A stretch of DNA of 64,000 nucleotides from positions 228 through 64,227 of the forward strand of contig DSCO01000061.1 of assembly GCA_011049045.1 (NCBI GenBank), read 5' to 3'. This stretch comes from Methanomicrobia archaeon. Lineage in GTDB: Archaea; Halobacteriota; Syntropharchaeia; Alkanophagales; Methanospirareceae. Below are positions 50,916 to 61,334 of the stretch, piece after piece (positions within the stretch are counted from its first letter, which is position 1; each line of letters begins with the position of its first letter). The translations under genes were made by a program, and so were the position numbers. The notes below the pieces were generated by a model that was given only the letters and a program-made list of their open reading frames with translations, ran no database searches and was not told the DNA's origin.

Positions 50916-52203
50916 AATCGGTGCCCTCAGTCTTTCGCATAAAACGTGTACTGTCGAAGAACTCGAAGTAGCATCTGATCGATTGACTCCGGAAACATTC
51001 GTTGAGGATTCGCGCGTGGATGGCTATGCGGTTATAACGACGTGCAATCGCGTGGAGGCTTATATAGCCACCGAGTATCCGCGCGCGATTCTGGAGGATG
51101 TGGCTAACCAGTTGCATTTGAAAAAGGGCGCAATTTTCGTGGGTAAAGATGCCGTGAAGCATCTCATGCGGGTATCTTGCGGTCTCGAGGCGCTAATCGT
51201 GGGTGAAGATCAGATCCTGGGACAGATAAGGAAATGCTATCATGATAGCCGGAAAGCAGGGAAAACCGACTTTCTTCTCGATATGACGTTTGAACGCGCG
51301 ATAAAAGCTGCGAAACGGGCGAGGAGCGAGACAAGGATAAACGAAGGCTCGGTTTCTATCGGCTCTGCCGCGGTGGAATTGGCAGAGGTTGTCAGTGGTG
51401 GCTTGAACGGGAAGCGCATCCTGGTTATTGGTGCAGGCGATATGGGCACGCTCGTGGCAAAATCAATCCATGAAAAAGCCCTGAAAGCCATGTTCATTGC
51501 GAATCGCACCTATGAAAAGGCTAAGAAGCTTTCAGAAGAACTCGGCTGTGACGCAGTTAAACTGAGTGAAAAAGAGAAGCACCTCGCTGCTTGTGATATC
51601 GCTATCTGCACCACCTCAGCACCACATTATATCCTGGATTACGCATCGATGGCGCGAGTAATGGCGTTTCGGAAAAGCGGTAACGAGCTGACTATTATAG
51701 ATATTGCCAATCCAAGGGATGTGGAGGAACGAGTTGGCGAACTCGAGGGAATTAAGCTGTATTGTCTTGACAATTTATACGAGGTAAGCGAAGAAAACCT
51801 GAAGAGAAGGCTTTCTGAGGTGGGTAACGTTGAACGCATTATTGAAGACGAGATGGAAAACTTTCAATATATGCTGAATCGCCAGAACGCCGAAATACTT
51901 ATCGCCATGCTGTATAAACAGGGCCATCAAATACGGGAGGAAGAAGAGAAGAGAGCACGTCGGTATTTAGAATTGGGAAGAGATCAGAACGAGGTCTTGG
52001 AACGGTTCTCGCATGCTCTTTTAGCCAAAACGCTTCACACCACGACCAAACTATTGCGTAATTGTACGGATGTTAATTTCATCAATGCGTTTACCGTGCA
52101 GCTCGAGCGGGAGTTTGCAAGACCGGGACGAACTCATGCCGATGAGAACAAAAGGGTGCAAAAGAAAGAGATCGATGACGAGTTCAACCGTGGATGGGCG
52201 TGA
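50908..52203 (+). CDS. hemA: Glutamyl-tRNA reductase
   Basis: ITTCNRVEAY catalytic Cys motif and VIGAGDMG NADPH-binding motif. Confidence 0.85.
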   Translation: MHRIGALSLSHKTCTVEELEVASDRLTPETFVEDSRVDGYAVITTCNRVEAYIATEYPRAILEDVANQLHLKKGAIFVGKDAVKHLMRVSCGLEALIVGEDQILGQIRKCYHDSRKAGKTDFLLDMTFERAIKAAKRARSETRINEGSVSIGSAAVELAEVVSGGLNGKRILVIGAGDMGTLVAKSIHEKALKAMFIANRTYEKAKKLSEELGCDAVKLSEKEKHLAACDIAICTTSAPHYILDYASMARVMAFRKSGNELTIIDIANPRDVEERVGELEGIKLYCLDNLYEVSEENLKRRLSEVGNVERIIEDEMENFQYMLNRQNAEILIAMLYKQGHQIREEEEKRARRYLELGRDQNEVLERFSHALLAKTLHTTTKLLRNCTDVNFINAFTVQLEREFARPGRTHADENKRVQKKEIDDEFNRGWA

Positions 52204-53180
52204 AGATGATCGAGATGTTTCCAAACACAAGAATGAGACGTTTAAGAGAACTGAAATTGCTAAGAGAGACGCGGATTTCTAAAGATGACCTCATTCTCCC
52301 ACTGTTTATTGACGAGAACCTGGAAGGGACAAGTAAAAGACTAATTCATACTATGCCAGGTCAATATAGATACTCACTAGAAGGTGCAGTAGAGGAAGTT
52401 TTTGAGGCTCGTTCGCTGGGGATTAAATCAGTATTATTGTTTGGTCTCCCCAAAAGAAAGGATTCGATTGGTAGTGAAGCGTACAACAAGGACGGCGTTA
52501 TACCGAGAGCTGTAACGGCGATAAAACAGGTGGTTGAGGATGTCATTGTTATCACCGATTTGTGTCTCTGTGAGTATACCAGTCACGGACATTGTGGCCT
52601 TATAGAGCATGCACGAGTAATGAACGACCCAACCCTGGAGCTCTTAGGTAAAATCGCCGTGAGTCAAGCAGAAGCAGGTGCGGATATGGTTGCACCATCA
52701 GGGATGATGGATGGGATGGTCAAGGCGATACGGGAGCAGCTTGACCGCGAGGGCTTCTTGGACACCACCATCATGTCGTATGCGGCAAAGTACAATTCCG
52801 CGTTATACGGCCCCTTCAGAGAGGCTGCGGACTCCGGCTATCAATTCGGTGACCGGAGCGGCTATCAGATGCACTTCTCTAATGCGCGAGAAGCTTTGAG
52901 GGAAGTGGAACTCGACATAGGCGAGGGCGCTGACATCGTGATGGTGAAGCCAGCACTCTTTTATCTGGACATAATTGCTCGGGTGCGTGCACGATTCGAT
53001 GTTCCCCTTGCGGCATACAATGTTAGTGGCGAGTATTCGATGCTCGCGGCGGCATCAGAGCTGGGGTATTTGAACCGTGAAGACGTGATCATGGAATGCT
53101 TAACCGCGATAAAAAGAGCGGGAGCGGATTTGATCATCACGTATTTCGCAAAGGATGCCGCTCAATCATTACCGCGCTAG
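52194..53180 (+). CDS. hemB: Porphobilinogen synthase (delta-aminolevulinate dehydratase)
   Basis: RMRRLR N-terminus, metal-binding CLCEYTSHGHCG and active-site Lys region (MVKPALFYLD). Confidence 0.88.
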   Translation: MGVKMIEMFPNTRMRRLRELKLLRETRISKDDLILPLFIDENLEGTSKRLIHTMPGQYRYSLEGAVEEVFEARSLGIKSVLLFGLPKRKDSIGSEAYNKDGVIPRAVTAIKQVVEDVIVITDLCLCEYTSHGHCGLIEHARVMNDPTLELLGKIAVSQAEAGADMVAPSGMMDGMVKAIREQLDREGFLDTTIMSYAAKYNSALYGPFREAADSGYQFGDRSGYQMHFSNAREALREVELDIGEGADIVMVKPALFYLDIIARVRARFDVPLAAYNVSGEYSMLAAASELGYLNREDVIMECLTAIKRAGADLIITYFAKDAAQSLPR

Positions 53181-53188
53181 GGGGGGAT

Positions 53189-53971
53189 TTACAACGCGCT
53201 CTTTAGCGGAATCTGTAATCCGTGCAGAAGATCTTCTAAAGTGCTCTTTTCCGCGACCAAATCGACTTGTAAGCCTTTACCAGCAATGGTCTCGGCGGTT
53301 AGTTCACCAATAGCGGCTATTTTAGCGTGTTCAAAGAGCATCGCTATTAAATGCAGCTCCTCGGCAATTTCAAAGAAGATTTCGAAGGTCATTGAACTTG
53401 TAAATATAATATAATCGGGCTTATAGTTGACCAATTCATCAAAATATACCTTTAGATCCTCTATAGCCTTCTTCTTCGGCGCATAAACAACTATATCCGT
53501 AACAATAGCTCCTGCGCGTCTCAAATAGTCTGTTATCTCCTTATTTCCCGCGGAACTCCGGAGGAATACGACCCTTGTACCCTTTACACCACGTGCATTA
53601 AATAACTCTTTGAGCCCTTCGGTGCTGTAAGCTGCGGGCATTAAATGCACGTGCAAGCCTATCTTAACCAGCTCGTCGCGCGTGACGGGCCCGATAGCAC
53701 AGAGATCTGCATTGGCAGCCTCCAGGCTTTGCTTTAAATCAAATTTATCCGCGCAGAGTTCGAACGATCTTCTGACGCCGTTCACACTGGTGAAGACGAG
53801 AATGTCAAACCCGTCTTTGAAGACGGCTTCTAGCTCATCCAGCGCTTCTTCCCTGCCCACGAGCTCGAATAGGGGGAACCCGAAGAAGTCGAAGTCGTGC
53901 TGCGCTGCGAGTTCGGTTGTGCGCGAGAGTAAATTTTCAGGCCGAAAAGCTGCGAGCTTCGCTTTTTTCAC
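53189..53971 (-). CDS. hemD: Uroporphyrinogen-III synthase
   Basis: 260 aa, HEM4-like two-lobed protein. Lies in the heme-gene cluster. Confidence 0.7.
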   Translation of the reverse strand: MKKAKLAAFRPENLLSRTTELAAQHDFDFFGFPLFELVGREEALDELEAVFKDGFDILVFTSVNGVRRSFELCADKFDLKQSLEAANADLCAIGPVTRDELVKIGLHVHLMPAAYSTEGLKELFNARGVKGTRVVFLRSSAGNKEITDYLRRAGAIVTDIVVYAPKKKAIEDLKVYFDELVNYKPDYIIFTSSMTFEIFFEIAEELHLIAMLFEHAKIAAIGELTAETIAGKGLQVDLVAEKSTLEDLLHGLQIPLKSAL

Positions 53972-54085
53972 TCTGATACACCGCCTTCGAGTCTCTACAG
54001 TGGTATCTTTACGTTCTCATCTTTAAAAAACGATCGCAGGAGTGGGGCGCGTATCAAAGAAGCGAACGAGTCTCTCTCCAGGTAG

Positions 54086-55357
54086 CTAAACCGTAGCCAG
54101 ATGTGCCTTATACGCCTCTATCGTGCTCTCAATGTCCTCATCGGTATGCGCGCCACTGATGAAATTCGTCTCGAATTGCGAGGGGGGCAAAAAAATACCA
54201 GAAGAGAGCATCGCATGGAATAGGTCCATATATCTATTCCTGTCACAACCTAAAGCATCGGTATAATTCCTCACAGGGCGCCCTTCCGAGCTGAAGTATA
54301 TCTTGAACATCGAGCCCACACCAGATACATATCCCTTAACGCCCAAATCACGCACTATCTCGCGTAACGCCGCACGTATCTGTTCTCCCTGTGCATTTAT
54401 TCGACCCAGCACTGCTGCCTGCTCGAGTATTTCGATCGTTTTTAAACCCGCGGTAAGGGAGACAGGATTGCCATTGAACGTTCCCGCCTGATATACTAGC
54501 CCTGAAGGAGCTATAAGCTCCATGATCTCTCGTGTACTTCCGAAGAGGCCGATCGGGAACCCGCCGCCAACAATCTTGCCTAAAATGGTTATATCCGCAT
54601 CTACCCCATAGAATTCCTGGGCACCGCCCAATGCGAGCCTGAACCCGGTGATCACCTCGTCAAGAATGAGTAAGATGTCGTTCTCCTTCGTTATCTTCCG
54701 CATCTCGCGCAAATACCCCTTTTCCGGTGGGATTGGTCCCACATTGCCCATCACGGGCTCGAGAATGACCGCAGCGATCTCGTCGGAATTCTGCGCCAGC
54801 AGCGTAATGAGCGCCGTGGAATCATTGAACGGAACTTGAAGCGTGTTTCGTACGGACTCCTTCGGAATGCCTTTCGAATCAGGAATGCCCAAGGTGGTTG
54901 CTCCCGAACCCGCTTTGACCAGAACGGCGTCATGAGCACCATGGAACCCGCCCTCGATTTTGACGATTTTATCGCGGCCCGTAAAGGCTCGTGCTAGCCG
55001 TATCCCGGCCATCGTCGCTTCGCTTCCCGTATTGACAAATCTGACCTGTTCAATTGAAGGAAAATGGGCTTTTATCTTCCTCGCAAGCGCTATCTCCTTC
55101 TCGTGCGGCGTACCGTACAACCAGCCGCTTTGGAGCTGTTCGTTCACGGCAGTCCTTACTAGTTCGTTGCCATGGCCCAAAATGAGCGGCCCGTAGGCTA
55201 AGCAGTAGTCGATGTAATCCTTGCCGTCCACATCATAGATCCGTGAGCCCCGTGCATGCCGTGTAAAAAACGGATACGGATCATAAGCCCGCACAGGACT
55301 GCTAACACCACCGGGCATACAATCCCGGGCCAGTACAAAAAGCCTCTCCGAGTTCAT
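54086..55357 (-). CDS. hemL: Glutamate-1-semialdehyde 2,1-aminomutase
   Basis: Class-III aminotransferase with PLP-Lys region ([12 protein letters not shown]). Confidence 0.88.
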   Translation of the reverse strand: MNSERLFVLARDCMPGGVSSPVRAYDPYPFFTRHARGSRIYDVDGKDYIDYCLAYGPLILGHGNELVRTAVNEQLQSGWLYGTPHEKEIALARKIKAHFPSIEQVRFVNTGSEATMAGIRLARAFTGRDKIVKIEGGFHGAHDAVLVKAGSGATTLGIPDSKGIPKESVRNTLQVPFNDSTALITLLAQNSDEIAAVILEPVMGNVGPIPPEKGYLREMRKITKENDILLILDEVITGFRLALGGAQEFYGVDADITILGKIVGGGFPIGLFGSTREIMELIAPSGLVYQAGTFNGNPVSLTAGLKTIEILEQAAVLGRINAQGEQIRAALREIVRDLGVKGYVSGVGSMFKIYFSSEGRPVRNYTDALGCDRNRYMDLFHAMLSSGIFLPPSQFETNFISGAHTDEDIESTIEAYKAHLATV

Positions 55358-55410
55358 CGTCCCTGAAGACCGTTGTATTTTAATTTTTATAGGAATTAAT
55401 TACATATGAA

Positions 55411-56151
55411 ATGGGCAAAGTATATCTGGTTGGCTCAGGGCCTGGAGATCCCGAACTGCTGAGTTTGAAGGCTTACCGGCTCATACAAGAAGCTGATGTG
55501 ATCTTGGTTGATCGTCTCGTGCTCGGTGTGAAAGAGCTGATACCTCTGGGTAAACGGGTTATTGATATTGGTAAAACTGCGAGTGCGCACAAATACACGC
55601 AGGATGCGATAAACGACCTTCTCGTGGATCTATCAAAGCAATACGAGATGATTGTGCGATTGAAAGGTGGTGATCCGTACATCTTTGGCAGGGGTGGCGA
55701 AGAGGCCACGTATCTCACAGAAAAGGGTGTTGAGTTTGAAGTAGTGCCGGGAATAACATCCGCAATCGCTGTTCCAGGCCTGTTCTCCATCCCACTCACG
55801 TACCGCGGTGTCTCTTCTTCTGTGACTATGATCACAGGACATGAAATGGAAGAGAAGAACGAGGAGCTTGATTGGCAGGCTTTAGCGAAGTTAAAGGGTA
55901 CGCTGGTTATATTGATGGGCGTAGGAACCATGGATACCAATGTTGAGAAACTCTTACGATACGGGATGCCGGTAGAGACGCCCGTAGCGATTATGGAGAA
56001 GGGCTTCACCGAAGATGCGCGGATCGTTCGCGGAACGCTGGGCACGATCGCAGAAGTCGCTGCGAAAGCGGGAGTGAAGCCACCGGCCGTTACTGTGATT
56101 GGCGATGTGGTTCGCATCAGAGAGAAGCTGATCCTGCATCCTGGGAAATGA
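55411..56151 (+). CDS. cobA: Uroporphyrinogen-III C-methyltransferase (SUMT)
   Basis: VYLVGSGPGDPELLSLKA N-terminal motif. 246 aa. Confidence 0.85.
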   Translation: MGKVYLVGSGPGDPELLSLKAYRLIQEADVILVDRLVLGVKELIPLGKRVIDIGKTASAHKYTQDAINDLLVDLSKQYEMIVRLKGGDPYIFGRGGEEATYLTEKGVEFEVVPGITSAIAVPGLFSIPLTYRGVSSSVTMITGHEMEEKNEELDWQALAKLKGTLVILMGVGTMDTNVEKLLRYGMPVETPVAIMEKGFTEDARIVRGTLGTIAEVAAKAGVKPPAVTVIGDVVRIREKLILHPGK

Positions 56152-56214
56152 GGAAAAAACCTGTTTGATTAAGCCCCACAAAACGCCACCTATCTCGTTC
56201 CTAACCGTTCGTCT

Positions 56215-57642
56215 TTACGGTTCTATTGCGGGCTTGTTATGCGCGGTGCGTGCGATACTCACCAGATTTTTAGCGAATTCGGTATATGATGCGGCATGGA
56301 GATGAACAAAAGAAGCGAGGCAGTTCTTTGATATAATACCATCCATGCCATCCCGTATACCCTCGCCCCTGAGCAATTTATATGCAAACTCACTCGAGTC
56401 GTCAAGCTCTAGTTCTGCATGGTGGAATTCATGCCCTTTAAACCTGCAGCCTTTCACGCCAAGGATACAATCTTTCTGAATCTCACCGACCACATAGTTA
56501 ACGACTCGCTTATCTCCGAATGTAACCGAGCCGTTTAAAACACCGCAGAGCTTAAAGCGGTCTCCCTGGTACTCGAGTTCTTCCATCAGATACATCAAGC
56601 CCCCACATTCGGCGTAAAGAACACCATAATGCTCGTAAAAGCTTTTTACAGACTCGAGCATCTGTGTGTTCGCGGATAGCTGCTTTGCATACAACTCAGG
56701 GAAACCGCCGCCAATATAAAGGGCATCCACACCCTCTGGAAGCTTACTATCACTGATAGGGCTAAAATAAACGAGGTCTGCACCTGCCAGCGCGAGTAAA
56801 TCCAGATTATCCTGATAATAAAAATTGAACGCCTCGTCAAAAGCTACCGCAATCTTAACACCTGTGCCTTCACGTCCATCCACCGTAAAGATCGTTGACT
56901 CCTGCACCGTTAGGGGACGTGCTGATGCGGCAATCGCGAGAAGCGTGTTAAGATCTACGTTCTGCTCTACTGATACTTTAATGTTATCCAAAATACTGCT
57001 GAAATCGCTCCATCTTGCTTTGCATTCCGTAGCGGTAATCAATCCGAGATGGCGCATCGAGATCCTGAGTCCGCTATTACGCGGTATCTTACCGATAACC
57101 TGTGTACCACTATATCGCTCCACCGCTTTCTGCGCTTTGTCACCGTGTCTCGCGCTTCCAATATTGTTTAGAATAACTCCTGCGATCTGTACTTCAGGAT
57201 CAAAGTTCTTATAACCGTTAACTACCGCTGCAACACTCCTCGTAATGCTGGCTGCATCAATCACGAGTATAACCGGGCAGTGTAGCGTCTTTGCTATCTG
57301 CGCAGTGCTTCCGACATCGTCGTTATAATTTAACCCTTCATACAGTCCCCGTACTCCTTCTATTATTGCTATATCCGCACCCCGACTGCTTCTCTCAACT
57401 ATCTCTTTTAGCACCGAAGGCGTCATCAAAAACCCGTCCAGATTTCTTGACGCTCTACCAGAGACCAATGTATGAAAGCCAGGATCGATATAGTCCAATC
57501 CGACCTTGAATGCCTGCACCTCAAGCTCACGCTCTCGCAAAGCGCTCAAAAGCCCTATACAAATGGTGGTCTTACCTGCAGAGCTTCGGTCCCCTGCAAT
57601 TACCACCCGTGGGATGTTCATTTCTCGTTCTGTCGTTTCCAT
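56215..57642 (-). CDS. cfbB: Ni-sirohydrochlorin a,c-diamide synthase (CbiA/CobB-family amidotransferase, CfbB)
   Basis: P-loop AGDRSSAGKTT and C-terminal GATase domain (…YAECGGLMYL…). 475 aa. Confidence 0.72.
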   Translation of the reverse strand: METTEREMNIPRVVIAGDRSSAGKTTICIGLLSALRERELEVQAFKVGLDYIDPGFHTLVSGRASRNLDGFLMTPSVLKEIVERSSRGADIAIIEGVRGLYEGLNYNDDVGSTAQIAKTLHCPVILVIDAASITRSVAAVVNGYKNFDPEVQIAGVILNNIGSARHGDKAQKAVERYSGTQVIGKIPRNSGLRISMRHLGLITATECKARWSDFSSILDNIKVSVEQNVDLNTLLAIAASARPLTVQESTIFTVDGREGTGVKIAVAFDEAFNFYYQDNLDLLALAGADLVYFSPISDSKLPEGVDALYIGGGFPELYAKQLSANTQMLESVKSFYEHYGVLYAECGGLMYLMEELEYQGDRFKLCGVLNGSVTFGDKRVVNYVVGEIQKDCILGVKGCRFKGHEFHHAELELDDSSEFAYKLLRGEGIRDGMDGIISKNCLASFVHLHAASYTEFAKNLVSIARTAHNKPAIEP

Positions 57643-58221
57643 TGCCCTTTCCGCTTTCTGTCCTTTATGGGCGGTGAAATCGCTTCTCCCTTTATCGCGC
57701 TTAGGTATGTCCTCATCACCACTACTAGTAGTATGTTTGATGAAAGATATTGAGAAAAGGACTTTAGTCGTGATTTGTGATTGGTTGAGCTATAAGCAAG
57801 AAAATGTTGTCCGCAGAGCGTGGATCACGAGCAGGTTGAGACTAACAATGACGGGGGAAAGCATACCAGTGATAACGTCCTGCAAGGTACCGGTATGCCG
57901 GCGGGTCGAGCATCATCCAGCGCCCGCCTGGGTGAGCGCATCGCATATGTACGTTGCATCGCATTAAAGAAACGGTAACGGGACGGATCTTCGTGCCCGT
58001 GGACGAGTGCATCGAAGTTGAAGGAAAGCGGAATGCGGTGAACCTCGAATGGTCTTAAAACGCTGCTCAACCTCCTGCGAGCGGGTTAAGCGCAGGTAGT
58101 GAAGCGTGATGCCGACACCAGAGTAAGGTTGCTCTTCTGTCTGCCCGGGATGAACTTTAACTGATGCTGAAACAGAATATGAAAGCAGAGTTAAACGGAT
58201 TCAGTCGATGAGCAGAGCAAC

Positions 58222-59118
58222 ATGAGGCAAGTAGCTTTTTATGGTAAAGGTGGCGTCGGGAAATCGACCGTTAGCTCCAACATTGCCGCGGCATTGGCTG
58301 AGCATGGTTGTGCGGTGGTAATGATCGGTTGCGATCCGAAGCATGACTGCACGCGGAACTTGCGGGGAATGGTGGAAATCCCGACTATTCTGGAAACTTC
58401 ACGAGATCACGGTATAGAGCAGTTAGGCCTTGAAGGGCTCGTAAAGGAACATAGGATCAGACTCGAGGAGATCATCTACAGAGGTTATGGTGGCGTCTTT
58501 TGTGCCGAATGCGGGGGGCCACGACCGGGCGTTGGATGCGCGGGGCGAGGCGTCATTGTTGCTATCGACTTGCTAACGAGGCTGAATATCTTTGCGGAAC
58601 TTAAACCTGACGTGGTGATCTATGACGTACCCGGGGACGTTGTATGTGGCGGTTTTGCCATGCCCTTGAGAAAGGGTCTGGCTGACGAGGTTTACATTGT
58701 CACATCCGCGGATTATCTTGCTCTTTACGCTGCGAACGCAATTTGTGAGGGTATTAGAGAGTTTGCCACAAAAGGCGGATCGCCATTGGGTGGTCTCGTT
58801 TATAACGTGAGAGGCATGCTTGACGACCACACGGTAGTCCACGATTTCGCCGATTCGATCGGGTCATACGTTATCGGGCACATTCCCAACGCACGTGAGA
58901 TCGCCGAGGCCGAGATTGCAGGCAAAACGGTCATTGAATATGCACCTGAGAGCGACATTGCCCGTATGTTCCGGGGGCTGGCACAGAACATTTATGGTAA
59001 TACGTTGACTTCGGTTCCACAGCCTTTACAACCCTCAAAGATGGCGACTCTGGGCCAAGAAATCAGAAGGCGAACAAGAGAGCGGTATACCCTTAACCCT
59101 TCAAGGCACAGGGAATAG
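58222..59118 (+). CDS. cfbC: Ni-sirohydrochlorin a,c-diamide reductive cyclase, NifH-like ATPase subunit (CfbC)
   Basis: MRQVAFYGKGGVGKST and the two 4Fe-4S-ligating Cys (CAECGGP…CGGFAMP). About 298 aa. Linked to cfbB/cfbD. Confidence 0.75.
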   Translation: MRQVAFYGKGGVGKSTVSSNIAAALAEHGCAVVMIGCDPKHDCTRNLRGMVEIPTILETSRDHGIEQLGLEGLVKEHRIRLEEIIYRGYGGVFCAECGGPRPGVGCAGRGVIVAIDLLTRLNIFAELKPDVVIYDVPGDVVCGGFAMPLRKGLADEVYIVTSADYLALYAANAICEGIREFATKGGSPLGGLVYNVRGMLDDHTVVHDFADSIGSYVIGHIPNAREIAEAEIAGKTVIEYAPESDIARMFRGLAQNIYGNTLTSVPQPLQPSKMATLGQEIRRRTRERYTLNPSRHRE

Positions 59119-59189
59119 CCACCTGAATTCGGGCGTTCTCAGGCGTATGCTCTCTTTAAACACTATTTTGATAACGGGTCTCCGAGCTT

Positions 59190-60360
59190 CTATCGAGGAT
59201 TTTGATTAAGTGTATCTAAAGCCATCCAAATTTTTTCCCCGGGTTTTTCATCTTTTTTGGTTCTATTTTGGGGGTTTTTACGCCGTTTAGACGTTATTTT
59301 CCTCGCTTTCTCGCTTTTTCTCGATAGCTCACGCTACCCTAAACTGCTCCCTGCCTCTTGAGCGTGCATAACTGGTACAGATTGAAGCTAAGACCAGTGA
59401 AGATCATCTTCACATGGACCCGCTCGACTGTGGTAACCAGCACGTGTCCGGCTTTGAAAACTCTCTTGATTACGGCATAGTGCCGCTCACCAGGAGCTCT
59501 CTTTTTGCTGATGCGGCGATTTCGCAATGTATCCAGGATGCCGATAGGATGTTCCCGAGCACCGCGTTTCATCGTCGCGGAATAGCCCTTGCATCCCGCA
59601 CCCTGATACCCCTTATCGCGATAGGCGACCTCGCCCTCGTTGGAGAGGTCTATCTGGCTGTCATGGACCGACGCCGTGGTCGTTTCGAGCTCTCGTAAGA
59701 GACCAAAGTCTGTATCAACCTTGGTGTGGAGTTTATAGCCAAAATGAGATTTGTTGCCCTTCTTCGCCCACGTACCGTCGGCACTCCGCCGCGTCTTCGC
59801 CTCATCGCCGCGTGGCGTATCAGCCTTCGCGTGCCCAGGATCCGCGGTGATAAACGTCGCGTCCTGTACCACGCCTTTTCGCACCTGCAGGCCGAGCGCA
59901 TCAAGCTGCCGCTGGAGCTCCGCCCAGATCGCTTGATCTCTGCCGGTCTCGGCCAAGCGCTCTCGAAACCGCCAGACGGTCGTAAAATCCGGAATAGTGT
60001 GGAAGAACCTGAGGAACTTCCTGAACGAGAGCCGATCTGCGACCTGCTTCTCCAGTTCGGGATCGGCGAGCCCGTGCCACTGCTGAAGCACCAGTAGCTT
60101 GATCATCAGCACTTCGTCGGTATTCGGTCGACCGCCTCGTTCGCTCTTGTTATCGTACAGCTCAGCCACTATCGGACGGAACGCTTCCCAATCAAACAAC
60201 GATTCAATTTCCGCAAGTTTATCGCCAAGTTGTGCCACCCGCTTATACGCCTCGTTCAAACCAAGATCAACAAAACTTTTCATGATAGTAAATATATGTT
60301 TTAATATATTTAAAATTATGTGATGTTGCTAGTAAGGGTGTTTTTCAAAATCCTCTATAG
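59190..60360 (-). mobile_element. IS5-family insertion sequence (about 1.17 kb) with 16-bp imperfect terminal inverted repeats
   Basis: Left end CTATCGAGGATTTTGA at 59190-59205. Right end TCAAAATCCTCTATAG at 60345-60360 (15/16 match as inverted repeat). Contains a single DDE transposase gene. Confidence 0.7.
59339..60283 (-). CDS. IS5/IS4-family DDE transposase
   Basis: 314 aa with a DDE_Tnp_1-like core (…SHFGYKLHTKVD…YRDKGYQG…HPIGILD…HYAVIKRVF…). Confidence 0.8.
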   Translation of the reverse strand: MKSFVDLGLNEAYKRVAQLGDKLAEIESLFDWEAFRPIVAELYDNKSERGGRPNTDEVLMIKLLVLQQWHGLADPELEKQVADRLSFRKFLRFFHTIPDFTTVWRFRERLAETGRDQAIWAELQRQLDALGLQVRKGVVQDATFITADPGHAKADTPRGDEAKTRRSADGTWAKKGNKSHFGYKLHTKVDTDFGLLRELETTTASVHDSQIDLSNEGEVAYRDKGYQGAGCKGYSATMKRGAREHPIGILDTLRNRRISKKRAPGERHYAVIKRVFKAGHVLVTTVERVHVKMIFTGLSFNLYQLCTLKRQGAV

Positions 60361-60704
60361 TATTCCTTACTTAACCTGTACAGTATTGAAGATCGAGTCT
60401 GTAAGTGGGTACAGGCGAAGCGAGATGATGGCGAACGTGGAATTTAAATAAAACGCTTTCGCCACACCTACTACGTTTACGCTCCCACTCCCTCCGGGGA
60501 GTTATCAGAAGTGAACGCGCACTCCGGCCAGCCAACCATGATTCGAGCGCCGCCGGGCTGAGCAGAGTATAGGTTTAAATATGAGCGCAAGGAGATATAA
60601 CTGGTGGGCGTAATGGAGTTCCAAAACGGTATCTTCTTTAGACACGTGTGCGTTTGAACGAGCGCATTCTCTCTTAAATTAAAGGGTAAGTGGGGAGCGA
60701 GTAA

Positions 60705-61241
60705 ATGAGTAAAATCGTGGTTCTCATTACCGATCTGTTTGAGGATGTGGAGTACACGAAGCCCGCCGCAGCGTTTATCAAAGCGGGGCATGAGCTGGTT
60801 CACGTGGGCTTACAGGCGGGTAAAACGGTCAGAGGCAAGAAGGCAGAAACGCCCGTAACAATTGATAAAGCAGTTAAAGATGTTTCCGTGAATGAGTTCG
60901 ACGCACTTTTCATTCCCGGCGGCTATTCGCCCGATAAACTCCGGGTCGATGATGACGCGGTACAGTTTGTGAAAGCGTTTGTGGAGAGCGATAAACTGAT
61001 CTTATCCATCTGCCATGCACCCCAACTGCTCATTACCGCGCAGGTGCTCCAGGGCCGGAGGATAACCGGCTGGAAGTCGATCATCCAGGACATCAAGAAC
61101 GCCGGTGCGGAATATCTCGATCAAGCGGTCGTTGAGGATGGCAACCTCGTTTCGAGCCGGTATCCCGGTGATCTCCCAGCCTTTATCAGAGCAGCACTGG
61201 CGAAACTGACTGGCATAACGCGAACGAGCAACGGTCCATAA
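60705..61241 (+). CDS. DJ-1/PfpI-family protein (PfpI-type intracellular protease/glyoxalase-like)
   Basis: SICHAP nucleophile elbow and YSPDKLR motif. 178 aa. Confidence 0.8.
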   Translation: MSKIVVLITDLFEDVEYTKPAAAFIKAGHELVHVGLQAGKTVRGKKAETPVTIDKAVKDVSVNEFDALFIPGGYSPDKLRVDDDAVQFVKAFVESDKLILSICHAPQLLITAQVLQGRRITGWKSIIQDIKNAGAEYLDQAVVEDGNLVSSRYPGDLPAFIRAALAKLTGITRTSNGP

Positions 61242-61334
61242 CCCGGACGATTTCTTCTCGGTCCTCGAGTCTGCGTGATACTACACACAGCATCGCAACT
61301 TTCTTATGAGCGTTCCACATGAGGAGAACATAGT

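Noticed and set aside
57506-57967. 153-aa ORF in the cfbB-cfbC intergenic region
   Set aside because: It begins inside the 5' end of cfbB on the opposite strand. Low-complexity Ser/Leu-rich product. More likely non-coding spacer.
60361-60704. Searched intergenic regions (5000-5100, 8572-8687, 11600-11833, 12347-12628, 60361-60704 and others) for tRNA-like cloverleaf/T-arm GGTTCGAATCC signatures
   Set aside because: No convincing T-arm or D-arm consensus or acceptor pairing was found. No tRNA or rRNA is called in this window.
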